Notes: generated from the letters alone by a model not told the origin. A stretch of DNA of 64,000 bases from Sedimentisphaerales bacterium (GCA_963666285.1 OY762711.1); one strand, 5' to 3'. Counted from the stretch's first letter, positions 9,061 to 19,207 are shown. Translations and numbers: made by a program.

Positions 9061-11403
9061 ATGAAAAAGGCAGTTTTATTCTTATTGGTATCAGCGATGG
9101 CTGCGATATGCCAGGCTGAGATGGTCGATGATTTTGATGGTTATGATATTAGTGTATCAACAAATGTGATTGATCTTGATACGCCCTGGGAAGCGAGAGA
9201 AAGTAGTGATCTGGTAGATATTATTGATGATGGTACCGGTAACCAGGTACTTTCATACGGTGGAGCCGGATTTCATAATCCTACCATAACGGAGATTCCG
9301 GACACATCAGTCGCCACCACTTTGTTCTATCGTTTTTATGTAAACAATGAAGACATCGATAATAGTTTTGGTTTAAGTGACTTGACTGATAACGGCTGGT
9401 TTTCTGATTTTGAAATTCAGATAGCAGTTATAAGAACCGGTACTACTGATGACGGAGTTGTTAATTTTCATGTACGAAACAGCGGCAGTGCAACTCAGGT
9501 TGCCACGATCAATGCAGGTCAGTGGTATAATGTCTGGGCAGTTATAGATCAGACAACAGATACCTATGATGTTTATCTTGGTCAAGGTATGCTGGCAGCT
9601 ACATCAGCAAACCTGGTAGCAGATAGTTTTAGCTTCCGAAATGGGACAGCAGATCCATTGGTAGCGGTCAAGGGCTTAGGTTATAATTCAGCTGATAGTT
9701 GTTTGTTTATTGATGATATATATATAATAGATGGTGCATATCTTGGATATGCTCCAACTAAGCCATATGATCCTGCAGTATCCATGGAATCAGTTGGTGG
9801 TCAGGTTGAGGCAACCTTGTCATGGAAGCCAACAGTTGACGATAGCGGCACATATGCAGTAGAACCTGATATTGCAGAAGAATACCTTTTCCTGGGAGAG
9901 TCAGTAGATGCCCAGTATTATATTGGTACACTGCCAGATCCCGGTACAGACGAGATAACAGTATCAGAAGTTGTTTCCGGTCTTGATTTTGACACAAAAT
10001 ATTACTGGACAGTAGTAGATGCAACTGTTGGAAATGAAGAAACATTTACAGTAGAAAGTACACTTGCTGATGCCGATCCTAACGTAAATATTTTTGGTCC
10101 AACCTGGTCATTTGATTCTTTGATTTCAAGTGCGGTTATTGATATCCAGCCGTCAGATACCCGTGTATTTGAAGGTGAGACAGCAGTGTTTACAGTTGAA
10201 TATAATACTGCAATTAATCCTGTTGTATCAGCCGATTGGTATAGAAATGGTGTAAAATTGTCAGAAGGCGATGGTATCACTATGGACTTTAGCTCAGCAG
10301 CAGGTGACGGGCAGGCAACATTAGCAATTGCAGGAGCATCGCTTGATGATGAAGCCAATTACTATTGTGTATTGAGTACGGATTCGTCGGTAATAACAGA
10401 CGATGTTCAAACTGCTACAAGGCTGCTGGTAATTAAGAAGCTACTGGCACAGTACAGTTTTGATAATTCTGAAGACCTGTTGGCAGATACAGGTGAATTT
10501 GCAGCCGAAGTCGGCACAGCCAGAGACGCAGCTCAGCTGAAGACAGTTTCACTTGACGATCCAAATGAAATGCTGGCAGTTGCAGCTACGCCGGTAGAAG
10601 TTGACGGTATTATCGGTGGTGCTTTGTATCTTGATGGTGACAAATATGTAGATATGGACTCTGAAAGTTATCCAAGGGCCGGTTCGCTGGATACCGTAGG
10701 CGATATTCGCGGTCTAGGATATGAGAAGCAGGGCTTTGGTCGTGGTATGGACGCAGGATCAATCCTGCTGTGGATCAAGCCAGAGTCAGATGGTTGTGTA
10801 ATAGCAAATGCAAGCAATACCGATGGAACTCATTTTGCCATAACAACAAACGGCAGTAATAGTGCCAGAATAATTGTACGCGGAGATAACTGGGGTAGTG
10901 ATTCCAGTTGGCAGAATCTAGGTGAAGCTAGTGGTGCTTATGACTATATGACAGATTTTGATATGCTGGCAGATGGAGAATGGCATATGTTCGCCGCCAC
11001 ATGGAAAGACAGCACAGCCCGAATTTATATTAACGGTGAACAGGTTGCAGAAAGCACCCAGGGTTATGCTGAAGATTATACAGCCTGGGACTATAGCAAT
11101 TTGATTGGCGTATCTCGTCAGGGCCAGCCAAATCGCCACCTGTTAAATGCCGGTGATTTCTTCACGGGTGCTGTTGACGAGTTAAGGATCTATAACTATG
11201 CTGTCTCGGCAGAGGTAATAGCTGATGAATACGAAATGCTGAACGAAGCAGGTGTAGTTCCTTGTATCGATCATGAATTTGTCGGCAATAATGCAAACCT
11301 TGATAATACGGTTAATTCTTATTGTGTAGTTGACCTGTTTGACTTAGCAGTACTGGCAAAGTATTGGCTGGTAGATGGTTTTGCAGTTGAAGATGTAGAA
11401 TAA
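9061..11403 (+). CDS. Secreted non-catalytic lectin-like / FN3-like / Ig / LamG protein with C-terminal dockerin-like tag (paralog A)
   Basis: GGAGG RBS before ATG 9061; signal peptide; Ig WYRNG..DEANYYC; LamG (ALYLDGD, WHMFAATW, FTGAVDELRIYN); C-terminal CVVDLFDLAVLAKYWL. Confidence 0.85.
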   Translation: MKKAVLFLLVSAMAAICQAEMVDDFDGYDISVSTNVIDLDTPWEARESSDLVDIIDDGTGNQVLSYGGAGFHNPTITEIPDTSVATTLFYRFYVNNEDIDNSFGLSDLTDNGWFSDFEIQIAVIRTGTTDDGVVNFHVRNSGSATQVATINAGQWYNVWAVIDQTTDTYDVYLGQGMLAATSANLVADSFSFRNGTADPLVAVKGLGYNSADSCLFIDDIYIIDGAYLGYAPTKPYDPAVSMESVGGQVEATLSWKPTVDDSGTYAVEPDIAEEYLFLGESVDAQYYIGTLPDPGTDEITVSEVVSGLDFDTKYYWTVVDATVGNEETFTVESTLADADPNVNIFGPTWSFDSLISSAVIDIQPSDTRVFEGETAVFTVEYNTAINPVVSADWYRNGVKLSEGDGITMDFSSAAGDGQATLAIAGASLDDEANYYCVLSTDSSVITDDVQTATRLLVIKKLLAQYSFDNSEDLLADTGEFAAEVGTARDAAQLKTVSLDDPNEMLAVAATPVEVDGIIGGALYLDGDKYVDMDSESYPRAGSLDTVGDIRGLGYEKQGFGRGMDAGSILLWIKPESDGCVIANASNTDGTHFAITTNGSNSARIIVRGDNWGSDSSWQNLGEASGAYDYMTDFDMLADGEWHMFAATWKDSTARIYINGEQVAESTQGYAEDYTAWDYSNLIGVSRQGQPNRHLLNAGDFFTGAVDELRIYNYAVSAEVIADEYEMLNEAGVVPCIDHEFVGNNANLDNTVNSYCVVDLFDLAVLAKYWLVDGFAVEDVE

Positions 11404-11439
11404 TTATCCATTAGATAATTATCTAATTTACCTGAATTT

Positions 11440-11472
11440 AGCCGGGGCTCTTAAATGTGGCTCCGGCTTTAT
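11440..11472 (+). terminator. Intrinsic terminator after paralog A
   Basis: Stem AGCCGGGGC / GCTCCGGCT followed by T-rich sequence; homologous to the terminator at 14628. Confidence 0.6.
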
Positions 11473-11645
11473 ATTTTGTGGGTAGGGGAAAGAGCCTAAG
11501 TTGGCAGGTTATCGGACCGCGAAAAGGGGTTACTAGAAATAATTATGTATTTATTGCATGGATAGTAATTTAACCATTTGTTGAATTATGTGGCAAGTGT
11601 GTATAATTTTTCGGGGAAAATTACGTAAAATCGAAGTTTTTATTA

Positions 11646-11705
11646 TTTTTTTGATAAAAAAAATATTTTTTCAGGGAAAAAACCCTCTTCATTTCATATG
11701 TATAT
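11646..11705 (+). promoter_or_regulatory. Conserved bipartite upstream motif, copy 2
   Basis: GGGAAAAAA at 11674 and TTCATATG at 11693, preceded by T/A/T tracts as in copy 1. Confidence 0.6.
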
Positions 11706-12277
11706 GTTAGGAGTTACTGGTATGCCAGATATTCAAGGCATAATTTAGCCTTGGCATATAATATCTTTTTGATTCGTATTTAAACCATAAGGACAGAAAG
11801 TACATTGTGGTTCAAATAAGAATCTGTAAGTCTTTGCTGCCTTTAGAGAGTAGAATTATAATTTAATTGATTTACTGAGAGAGAAAAGAAGAGAGCCTGC
11901 TATATTTTATCAAAGGAGCGAATTTATTTAACCGATTTTAAACTGTGGTTTTGTTTGATTAATTATAGGGCAGATTTTAGCCAACTGTTTAGGGCAGTAT
12001 AATTATTGATACCCAGGTTTAGTTTTTAAGAGAACAAAGCCGACAAAAGATATTGGCAGTTATATTGATATGTTGCGAAATATAAATTAGGGCTAAATAG
12101 CCGGCTTAAAGACAAGACAGGAGGCAGGTAGAACAGTAAAGAGAATAATTAAAACGGCTGACGTATTAGCGTTTGGCGATTCTGAAGAATTCTTTTTCTG
12201 CAAGTCCCTTTGATATATGACGATTTGAGTTATCTGAACTAATTATTTATTTATACAGTTTTCTGGAGGAATTAAGA

Positions 12278-14590
12278 ATGAAAAAAATAGTGTTAATGTT
12301 AACGCTTGCAGTATTGGCTTCAATGGTTCGAGCCGAATTGGTAGATGATTTTGATAGTTATGAGGCAGGGCTTGTTCGTGATGTTGCCAGTCCTCCATGG
12401 ACAGCAATAGCAAATACCGGCCTGGCAATGATCATTGATGACGGTACTGGTAACAAGGTTATAAGTGCCGGTTGGAACAGCGGCTGGCGTGGAGCATACA
12501 ATGATAATATTACCCCGGTAGCAGACGGAACAGATAATATGATGTTGTATTATTCTGTGTATGCTAACAGTGAAAGCCTAAACCATGTATTTGGCATGTC
12601 AGATGTAGAAGGTGCCAGCCTGGACTGGTTTGATGACTATGAAGTTCAGATTGGTCTGACAGATAACGGTACAGCAGGTGATGGTAAGCTGAATTTAAAC
12701 GTTCGCAATGCCGGTGGAAATATAACCACAGAGATCGATTTGCAGACCTGGTACAATGTCTGGGTTCTTATCGACCAGATAAATGATACTTATGATGTAT
12801 ATATAAGTACCAGTGATATTTATTCGGCTACCCTGGTTGCTGATAACGCTCAGTTTCGTAATGCTCAAGCCGGTGCAGTTGGCGACCTGACAGCCTTGCT
12901 GGTTTGCGGTTATAATGCCAGCGGTCAGCAGGATATGTGGATTGATAATGTTAAGCTTGAAGTTGTACCATGGCCGTATGATTCAATAGTTGATCAGACA
13001 GCTAATGGTGCTGCAGTAGATGTTACTTTGAAATGGAATCCGGCAAGAGATCCTGAGAAGGTAGAAGAAGTTAATCCAGATATTGTAGAAGAATATGTAT
13101 TTGTTGGAGCAGAAGGAGAAGCTCAGTATTATGTCGGCAGCTTGGGAGATCCCGGAATAACTCTGACAGAGTCAGTATTTGAATTGTCTTTGGACTATGA
13201 TACAACTTATAACTGGACAGTAGTTGACGCTCTGGACGGTTATGCCCAGACTTTGACAACGGCGAATACGCTTGATGATGCCGATCCAAATAATATAATA
13301 GGCCGCACCTGGACATTCGATACATTGCTTTCAAGTGCGGTAATAACAACACAACCTTCAGACGCACGAGCGTTTGAGACAGATGATTCTGTATCGTTTA
13401 CAGTTGGTTTCAATACCGTTGTTAATCCTGTGGTAGCAGCTGACTGGTATAAGGATGGCGAGAAACTGACAGTTGGCGGTGATGTCAGCGTTACATTCAC
13501 AAGTGAAGTTGGCGATGGTGAATCTACCCTTACAATAGCAACTCCGACAGCGGATGATGAAGGTCAGTATTATTGTGTTCTCAATACAGATTCAAATACA
13601 TCTGTGACATCTGACGATTCTCAATCTGCAACACGTCTTTTGACAATCAAGCGTCTGCTGGCAAAATACACATTTGATAATGAAAGTGATCCTCTAGCCG
13701 ATACAGGTGAATTTGCAGATGAAGTTGGTGTGGTTCGTGAAGCGGCCGAGCTAAAGACAGTATCGCTTGATGATCCTAATGAGGTTCTTGCAGTTTCTGC
13801 TACTCCTGTAGTTGTAGATGGTATTGTTGGAACAGCTCTTTATCTTGATGGTGATGAATATGTTGACCTTGATTCTGAAAGTTATCCAAAGGCCGGTCCG
13901 TTGAATACACTAGGTGATATTCGTGGTTCCGGTTATGAAAAACAGGGCTTTGGCCGTGGAATGGATGCCGGTTCTATCCTGTTGTGGATCAAGCCTGAAT
14001 CAGATGGCTGTGTAATTGGAAATGCAAGCAATTTGGATGGAACTCATATTGCTGTTACAACTAATGGTACTGACAGTGCCAGGGTGATAGTACGCGGTGA
14101 AAACTGGGATGGCGGCTGGCAGAATCTAGGTGAAGCCAATGGTGCATATAATTATATGACTGACTATTCGATGCAGGATGGAGAATGGCATCTGTTTGCA
14201 GCAACCTGGGACGAGAGTACCGCACGTATATATATTAATGGCGAGCTTGTTTCAGAAAACACGCAGGGTTATGCAGAAAACTATACAGCATGGGACTTTA
14301 GTAATTTGATTGGTGTTTCCCGTCAGGGGCAGCCAAACCGTCATCTATTGAATGCCGGCGATTTTGTTACAGGTGCTATTGATGAAGTGAGAATATATAA
14401 CTATCCGATTTCAGCGGCTGATATTGCAAGTGAGTATGAACTGCTGAATGAAGTAGGAGTTACACCTTGCTTGAATCACAACTTTGTTGGAAGTGAAGTA
14501 AACCTGGACAATACCGCATCTTCTTATTGTGTAGTTGATCTTGTTGACTTTGCATTACTTGCAGGCAACTGGTTGGCAAATGGTTTCTAA
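12278..14590 (+). CDS. Secreted non-catalytic lectin-like / FN3-like / Ig / LamG protein with C-terminal dockerin-like tag (paralog B)
   Basis: Colinear with paralog A, with long identical stretches (GYEKQGFGRGMDAGSILLWIKPESDGCVI, SNLIGVSRQGQPNRHLLNAGDF); GGAGG RBS. Confidence 0.85.
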   Translation: MKKIVLMLTLAVLASMVRAELVDDFDSYEAGLVRDVASPPWTAIANTGLAMIIDDGTGNKVISAGWNSGWRGAYNDNITPVADGTDNMMLYYSVYANSESLNHVFGMSDVEGASLDWFDDYEVQIGLTDNGTAGDGKLNLNVRNAGGNITTEIDLQTWYNVWVLIDQINDTYDVYISTSDIYSATLVADNAQFRNAQAGAVGDLTALLVCGYNASGQQDMWIDNVKLEVVPWPYDSIVDQTANGAAVDVTLKWNPARDPEKVEEVNPDIVEEYVFVGAEGEAQYYVGSLGDPGITLTESVFELSLDYDTTYNWTVVDALDGYAQTLTTANTLDDADPNNIIGRTWTFDTLLSSAVITTQPSDARAFETDDSVSFTVGFNTVVNPVVAADWYKDGEKLTVGGDVSVTFTSEVGDGESTLTIATPTADDEGQYYCVLNTDSNTSVTSDDSQSATRLLTIKRLLAKYTFDNESDPLADTGEFADEVGVVREAAELKTVSLDDPNEVLAVSATPVVVDGIVGTALYLDGDEYVDLDSESYPKAGPLNTLGDIRGSGYEKQGFGRGMDAGSILLWIKPESDGCVIGNASNLDGTHIAVTTNGTDSARVIVRGENWDGGWQNLGEANGAYNYMTDYSMQDGEWHLFAATWDESTARIYINGELVSENTQGYAENYTAWDFSNLIGVSRQGQPNRHLLNAGDFVTGAIDEVRIYNYPISAADIASEYELLNEVGVTPCLNHNFVGSEVNLDNTASSYCVVDLVDFALLAGNWLANGF

Positions 14591-14627
14591 TTCAGGATTT
14601 CTATCATGAATCTTTTTAGCTAATAAT

Positions 14628-14663
14628 AAGCCGGGGCCTTTCGCGAGGCTCCGGCTTTTTTTT
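14628..14663 (+). terminator. Intrinsic terminator after paralog B
   Basis: Stem AAGCCGGGGCCT / AGGCTCCGGCTT followed by a T run. Confidence 0.8.
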
Positions 14664-14792
14664 GAAAGAGGTCTATAAGAGAGGACTTTCGCAGTTTTTC
14701 ATTCACAAGGTCCTGTTTTAATCTTTGTTTGTAATGTTGAACTGCCAAAAGTGTGATACCGCGCTAAGAGTGAAATAGTTGAGGTTTGTCGA

Positions 14793-17273
14793 ATGAAAAT
14801 ATTGAATCTGAATAACAGTCATTTGAAGAAAATACTCCTGTCGATATTGTTATTGTTTTGGACAGCTGCAGTTGCTGATGTGTCGGTTCGAGAAGCTTCT
14901 GAGATTAGTAATGATACAATTGACTGGATGAAAATAGTGGCAGACTGGCAGCTGACCCAGAGCAGCTGGGACAGTTCTGTAAGTTGGGAGCGAGGTGCGC
15001 TGCATGCCGGTATGATGGCGTGTTATGAGGCTACTAAAGACGAGAAATACCTGGAGAAATGCCGGGAGTGGTCGGAGAAGTTTAACTGGCAGCTGGGCTG
15101 GAATAATTCCAATCATGCCGATAATATGGCGTGTGCCCAGACATATTTGGAGCTGTATCTGCTGGATGAGCAGGATCCGTTTCGTTATGCGGATTATAAG
15201 AGTCAGAATGATACATTTGTGAACGATCCGGAAAGGTTTGACTGTATTAACTCCGGTGACAGTGACCAATGGTGGTGGTGTGATGCCTTGTTTATGGCGC
15301 CGCCTGCACTGGTGAGGCTGTCCAGGGCGATAGATGATCCGATCTATACACAAGCTATGCATATAATGTGGTCTGATACCCAGAGTTGTCTGTATGATAC
15401 AGAAGAACATCTTTTCTATCGTGACATCAATTATCTGCCGCCGTACAATTATAATGGTAAGAAAGTATTCTGGTCTCGTGGTAACGGCTGGGTGATAGCC
15501 GGAACGGCAAGAGTGCTTCAATATCTGCCGCTGGAAGATACAAACCGGTCCGGTTATGTTACTTTGCTGCAGGATATGGCGGCGAAGCTGGCGGATATCC
15601 AGCTGGAAGATGGGTACTGGCATTCCGATTTACTCAGCCCTGAGCGATTTGATGTCCCTGAGACCAGCGGGACCGGATTCTTTACTTATGGAATTGCCTG
15701 GGGTGTTAATAACGGTTTTCTCAATGAATCTGAATACTGGGGCAATGTTGAGGCCGGTTGGGATGCTTTGAGAGCGGCAGTGAAGTCGGATGGTTTGCTC
15801 GGCTGGGTTCAGCCGGTAGGCGCAGATCCGAGACTGGCGACAGAGTACGGGACAGATGTATTTGGTATTGGTGCTTATCTACTGGCCGGAAGTGAGATTT
15901 ACAAATATCAACTGGCACATGATTCCTGGACGATAGACTGTTTTGAGAGTTATGTGGATAGTGTCGGCTTGAGTGCGGCATGGTCTGACGGCACCATAAA
16001 TAGCAGCTCATCAGAAGCAACACTTGGTGACTATGGTGATAATTTTATGAAGCTGGCATATAATAATGGTCAGTATCCATATTATTCAGAAACGACCAAA
16101 GCGTTTGCTACTCCAATGGATTTTGCAGCAGATGAAGCATATTATCTTTCGGTTCTGGTTCGAGGTGATGTCGCTAATGCCGAAGAAAGTATGTTTATTC
16201 GGCTGGAGGATGTCAGTTCGAATACTGCGACTGTAGTAATGGATGACAAATCAATAGTACAAACCGCCAGCTGGCAGGAGCTTGGTTTTAAGCTGGCAGA
16301 TTTTTCCGGAATTGATAAAACACAGATAGTGAAGCTGACGATTGGTATCGGGACAGCGGGCCGGCCAGATGGGACAGGCAGCGGAACGGTACGTGTCGAT
16401 AATATCCGCCTTATGCCGAAAGAGTGTATTGCAGCAGATGATATAGTATTTGATTGCAATATGAATATGCAGGATTTTGCCCTGTTGGCTGCTGAATGGC
16501 TGGATGAAAACAGGATAGTGGTATCCCCGGTAGATCCAGGGAGCGAAAACCTTGTTGGATACTGGCCGCTAAACGAATCATACCAGGATGTAACAGGTAA
16601 TGGTTATGATGCCCAGTCCGGTTCATCGGTAATTTTTGATAGCGGATATTCAGGTTCGTCGGTTTACTTTGATGGCACAGATTATGCGAGCTACCTGGTT
16701 TGTGAAAACAGCAATAATCTGGATTTTGAAAACGGGCTGACAATCTCAGTCTGGATAAAGAGCTCCGGTCAGCAGGATCAATGGGCATCGGTTGTAACTA
16801 AAGGTTTACAGGCCTGGCGTTTGATCCGTAACAGTACCGGTAATTCGTTATCGTTTCATTTTAATAAATCCGGTGGCGGTGAGTATCAGGCAAATGGTTC
16901 TATTGAAGTTATGGACGGTCAGTGGCATCATGTTATGGCGGTTTATGACGGCAGTGAGCTTCGGCTATATATAGACGGTCAGCTGGATGCTTCAACAGCA
17001 GCCGGTTCTGTTAATACCACTACTGATCCGGTCTATATTGGCAGCAGGGTAAATAATACCAGTAACCGAAACTGGATAGGAAATATTGATGATGTGAGAT
17101 TGTATAATATTGCTCTTGATGAAAGTAACTTGTTATACCTGGCTGATAAGCCTGGATATGTGGAGCTGCCGGAAGAGAAATATCCGGCTGATCTGGTTTT
17201 TGACGGAATAGTTGATATGGTTGATCTGCAGGTATTGGCAGAAAAGTGGGCCCAGGAAATCATTTGGCCATAG
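14793..17273 (+). CDS. Secreted GH105 (GH88/105) unsaturated glycuronyl hydrolase with CBM-like domain, LamG and two dockerin-like half-repeats
   Basis: HADNMAC, WWWCDALFMAPP, FWSRGNGW, ETSGTGFFTY and GWVQPVG GH105 motifs; C-terminal LamG. Confidence 0.85.
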   Translation: MKILNLNNSHLKKILLSILLLFWTAAVADVSVREASEISNDTIDWMKIVADWQLTQSSWDSSVSWERGALHAGMMACYEATKDEKYLEKCREWSEKFNWQLGWNNSNHADNMACAQTYLELYLLDEQDPFRYADYKSQNDTFVNDPERFDCINSGDSDQWWWCDALFMAPPALVRLSRAIDDPIYTQAMHIMWSDTQSCLYDTEEHLFYRDINYLPPYNYNGKKVFWSRGNGWVIAGTARVLQYLPLEDTNRSGYVTLLQDMAAKLADIQLEDGYWHSDLLSPERFDVPETSGTGFFTYGIAWGVNNGFLNESEYWGNVEAGWDALRAAVKSDGLLGWVQPVGADPRLATEYGTDVFGIGAYLLAGSEIYKYQLAHDSWTIDCFESYVDSVGLSAAWSDGTINSSSSEATLGDYGDNFMKLAYNNGQYPYYSETTKAFATPMDFAADEAYYLSVLVRGDVANAEESMFIRLEDVSSNTATVVMDDKSIVQTASWQELGFKLADFSGIDKTQIVKLTIGIGTAGRPDGTGSGTVRVDNIRLMPKECIAADDIVFDCNMNMQDFALLAAEWLDENRIVVSPVDPGSENLVGYWPLNESYQDVTGNGYDAQSGSSVIFDSGYSGSSVYFDGTDYASYLVCENSNNLDFENGLTISVWIKSSGQQDQWASVVTKGLQAWRLIRNSTGNSLSFHFNKSGGGEYQANGSIEVMDGQWHHVMAVYDGSELRLYIDGQLDASTAAGSVNTTTDPVYIGSRVNNTSNRNWIGNIDDVRLYNIALDESNLLYLADKPGYVELPEEKYPADLVFDGIVDMVDLQVLAEKWAQEIIWP

Positions 17274-17298
17274 TTTTTGAATTTGGAGGATTTTGTTA

Positions 17299-18864
17299 AT
17301 GGTAAGAAAAATGTTACATGTTGTTTTGGTGGTTTTGTTTATTGTCGCAGTTCCAGTATTGTCTGCACCGCCTGATGGTGCCGGTTACAGCTGGAAGCTG
17401 GTTTTTGGCGATGATTTTAACGGCAGCAGCCTGGATAGGAATAAGTGGATAAGTCAGCTGCCCTGGACGCGGGATTATAAAGGTGATGCCTATATTCGCG
17501 ACAATAATGTGACGGTTGAGGACGGCATATTGACCATTACCGCCAAAGCAGAAGATTATTCAGGTCATGAATTTACTTCCGGAGCGATATCAACCGGCTA
17601 TAGCAAGTTTCGATTTAAGTATGGCTATGTAGAGGCGAAGATTAATATGCCTAGTGCTCGCGGCAGCTGGTGTAATTTCTGGATGCTTTCTGACGGCTGG
17701 CCACCGGAAGTGGACATTGTAGAGTATCCGCTATACACTGTTTCAGGTGATAGTAATCAGCGATACAGGTATCTGTCGAATATTCATTATGGCGATTATC
17801 TGTCAAATATGGCGACACACTGGAAAAGTGATCTGTCAGCCGGTTATCATACTTACGCCTTTTACTGGCGGCCTTGGTACCTGGAATATTATTTTGACAA
17901 CAGTTACGTTCGCAGTATAAGCGATTTTGAATACAGTAATAATTTCGGAAGTATGTATCTTATCCTGGACTACTATGTCGGCGGCGAATGGAGTGGTGAA
18001 GTTTTGCAGCATCCTGACCCTGACACCTGGCCGAATCCGGCTACCAGTGACGGCGGTAAGATGCAGATCGATTGGGTGCGGGTCTGGCAGCGTAACCAGG
18101 ATGCGGTAAAGGAGTGTATAGGATGGTGGCGTCTGGATGAGGAAAGCGGAGCAGTTGCCTCAGACGTTAGTGGTAAAGGTATGGACGGCACACTACAGGG
18201 CGGCATGAGTTTTGACACCAATCGGGTAAACGGTAATCTTGGTACAGCGGTTACTTTTGACGGAGTTGATGATTATGTTGATTTGCCGGACGGTTTCGAT
18301 GAATTTGATAACGGCTGTACCTTTACACTATGGGCCAAGCCGACGGCGGTGAAAAATCATGCCAGGTTTATCGAGCTGGGTAATGGTACAACTTCTAATA
18401 CAATTTCCTTCGCTCGTGACGGTACAAGCAACGGATTGCGTTTTAAATCTTATGGCGGCAGCAGTTCTGATGGTGCTGTTATTGCTAGCGATGCGATAGA
18501 GCTGGATCGCTGGCAGTTTTTTGCCGTTACAATAGACAATTCCGATAATGTATGTTTGTATAAAAATGGCGAGTTGATAAAGACAGGCACTTCTACCTGG
18601 CCGTGGGGTGTCAAGCGTACACAGAATTACCTGGGCCGCAGCAGCTGGTCTTCGGATGCTTATTATCAGGGTGCTATGGACGAAGTAAGAGTATTCGATT
18701 TTGCCCTGACCGATACCCAGATACAGTATGTCTATGAAAACAGTAAATTCTGCTCGGAACCGTATCCGGAAGAGCTGGATATTAACTGGGATTGTGTGAT
18801 AGACATTACCGAGCTGTCGGTATTGATGCAGGCATGGCTCAGTAACGGTTTTGAAGTTGAATAA
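17299..18864 (+). CDS. Secreted GH16 glycoside hydrolase with LamG and dockerin-like tag
   Basis: WKLVFGDDFNG, FKYGYVEAK and the catalytic WPPEVDIVE (ExDxxE) motif; LamG; DINWDCVIDITELSVLMQAWL; GGAGG RBS. Confidence 0.85.
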   Translation: MVRKMLHVVLVVLFIVAVPVLSAPPDGAGYSWKLVFGDDFNGSSLDRNKWISQLPWTRDYKGDAYIRDNNVTVEDGILTITAKAEDYSGHEFTSGAISTGYSKFRFKYGYVEAKINMPSARGSWCNFWMLSDGWPPEVDIVEYPLYTVSGDSNQRYRYLSNIHYGDYLSNMATHWKSDLSAGYHTYAFYWRPWYLEYYFDNSYVRSISDFEYSNNFGSMYLILDYYVGGEWSGEVLQHPDPDTWPNPATSDGGKMQIDWVRVWQRNQDAVKECIGWWRLDEESGAVASDVSGKGMDGTLQGGMSFDTNRVNGNLGTAVTFDGVDDYVDLPDGFDEFDNGCTFTLWAKPTAVKNHARFIELGNGTTSNTISFARDGTSNGLRFKSYGGSSSDGAVIASDAIELDRWQFFAVTIDNSDNVCLYKNGELIKTGTSTWPWGVKRTQNYLGRSSWSSDAYYQGAMDEVRVFDFALTDTQIQYVYENSKFCSEPYPEELDINWDCVIDITELSVLMQAWLSNGFEVE

Positions 18865-18912
18865 GTATTTGGTACCCTGTTTTTAAGGGGTGCCGGATAA
18901 AAGTATAATAAT

Positions 18913-18956
18913 GAGGTAAGTTTTTGTGTAATGCAGGAGTTTACCTCTTTTTTTTT
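18913..18956 (+). terminator. Intrinsic terminator of the GH105-GH16 unit
   Basis: Stem GAGGTAAGTTTTTG / CAGGAGTTTACCTC followed by a T run. Confidence 0.75.
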
Positions 18957-19207
18957 GTTTTTTTATAGAATCATCGATGTTAAAACAGTATATTGGAATA
19001 ATGGCCAGGAAACTGGATTGTAAATATTAATTTATTTTAACGAGGTGTTTTTTGAAACTTATTATTAGTTCAACAGATGTATGCTAGCGCATGTGATGTA
19101 AAACGTGCGCACCCAATCGATCCCCGTAATTTTGGAGGAATTTTAAATATGATAATATAATGCCTGTAGCAGATATCTACAGGTGCAATACATAAAGGAA
19201 AATTAAA

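Noticed and set aside
12123..12135. GGCAGGTAG resembling an RfaH ops element
   Set aside because: It does not match GGCGGTAGnnTG, and no NusG paralog is nearby.
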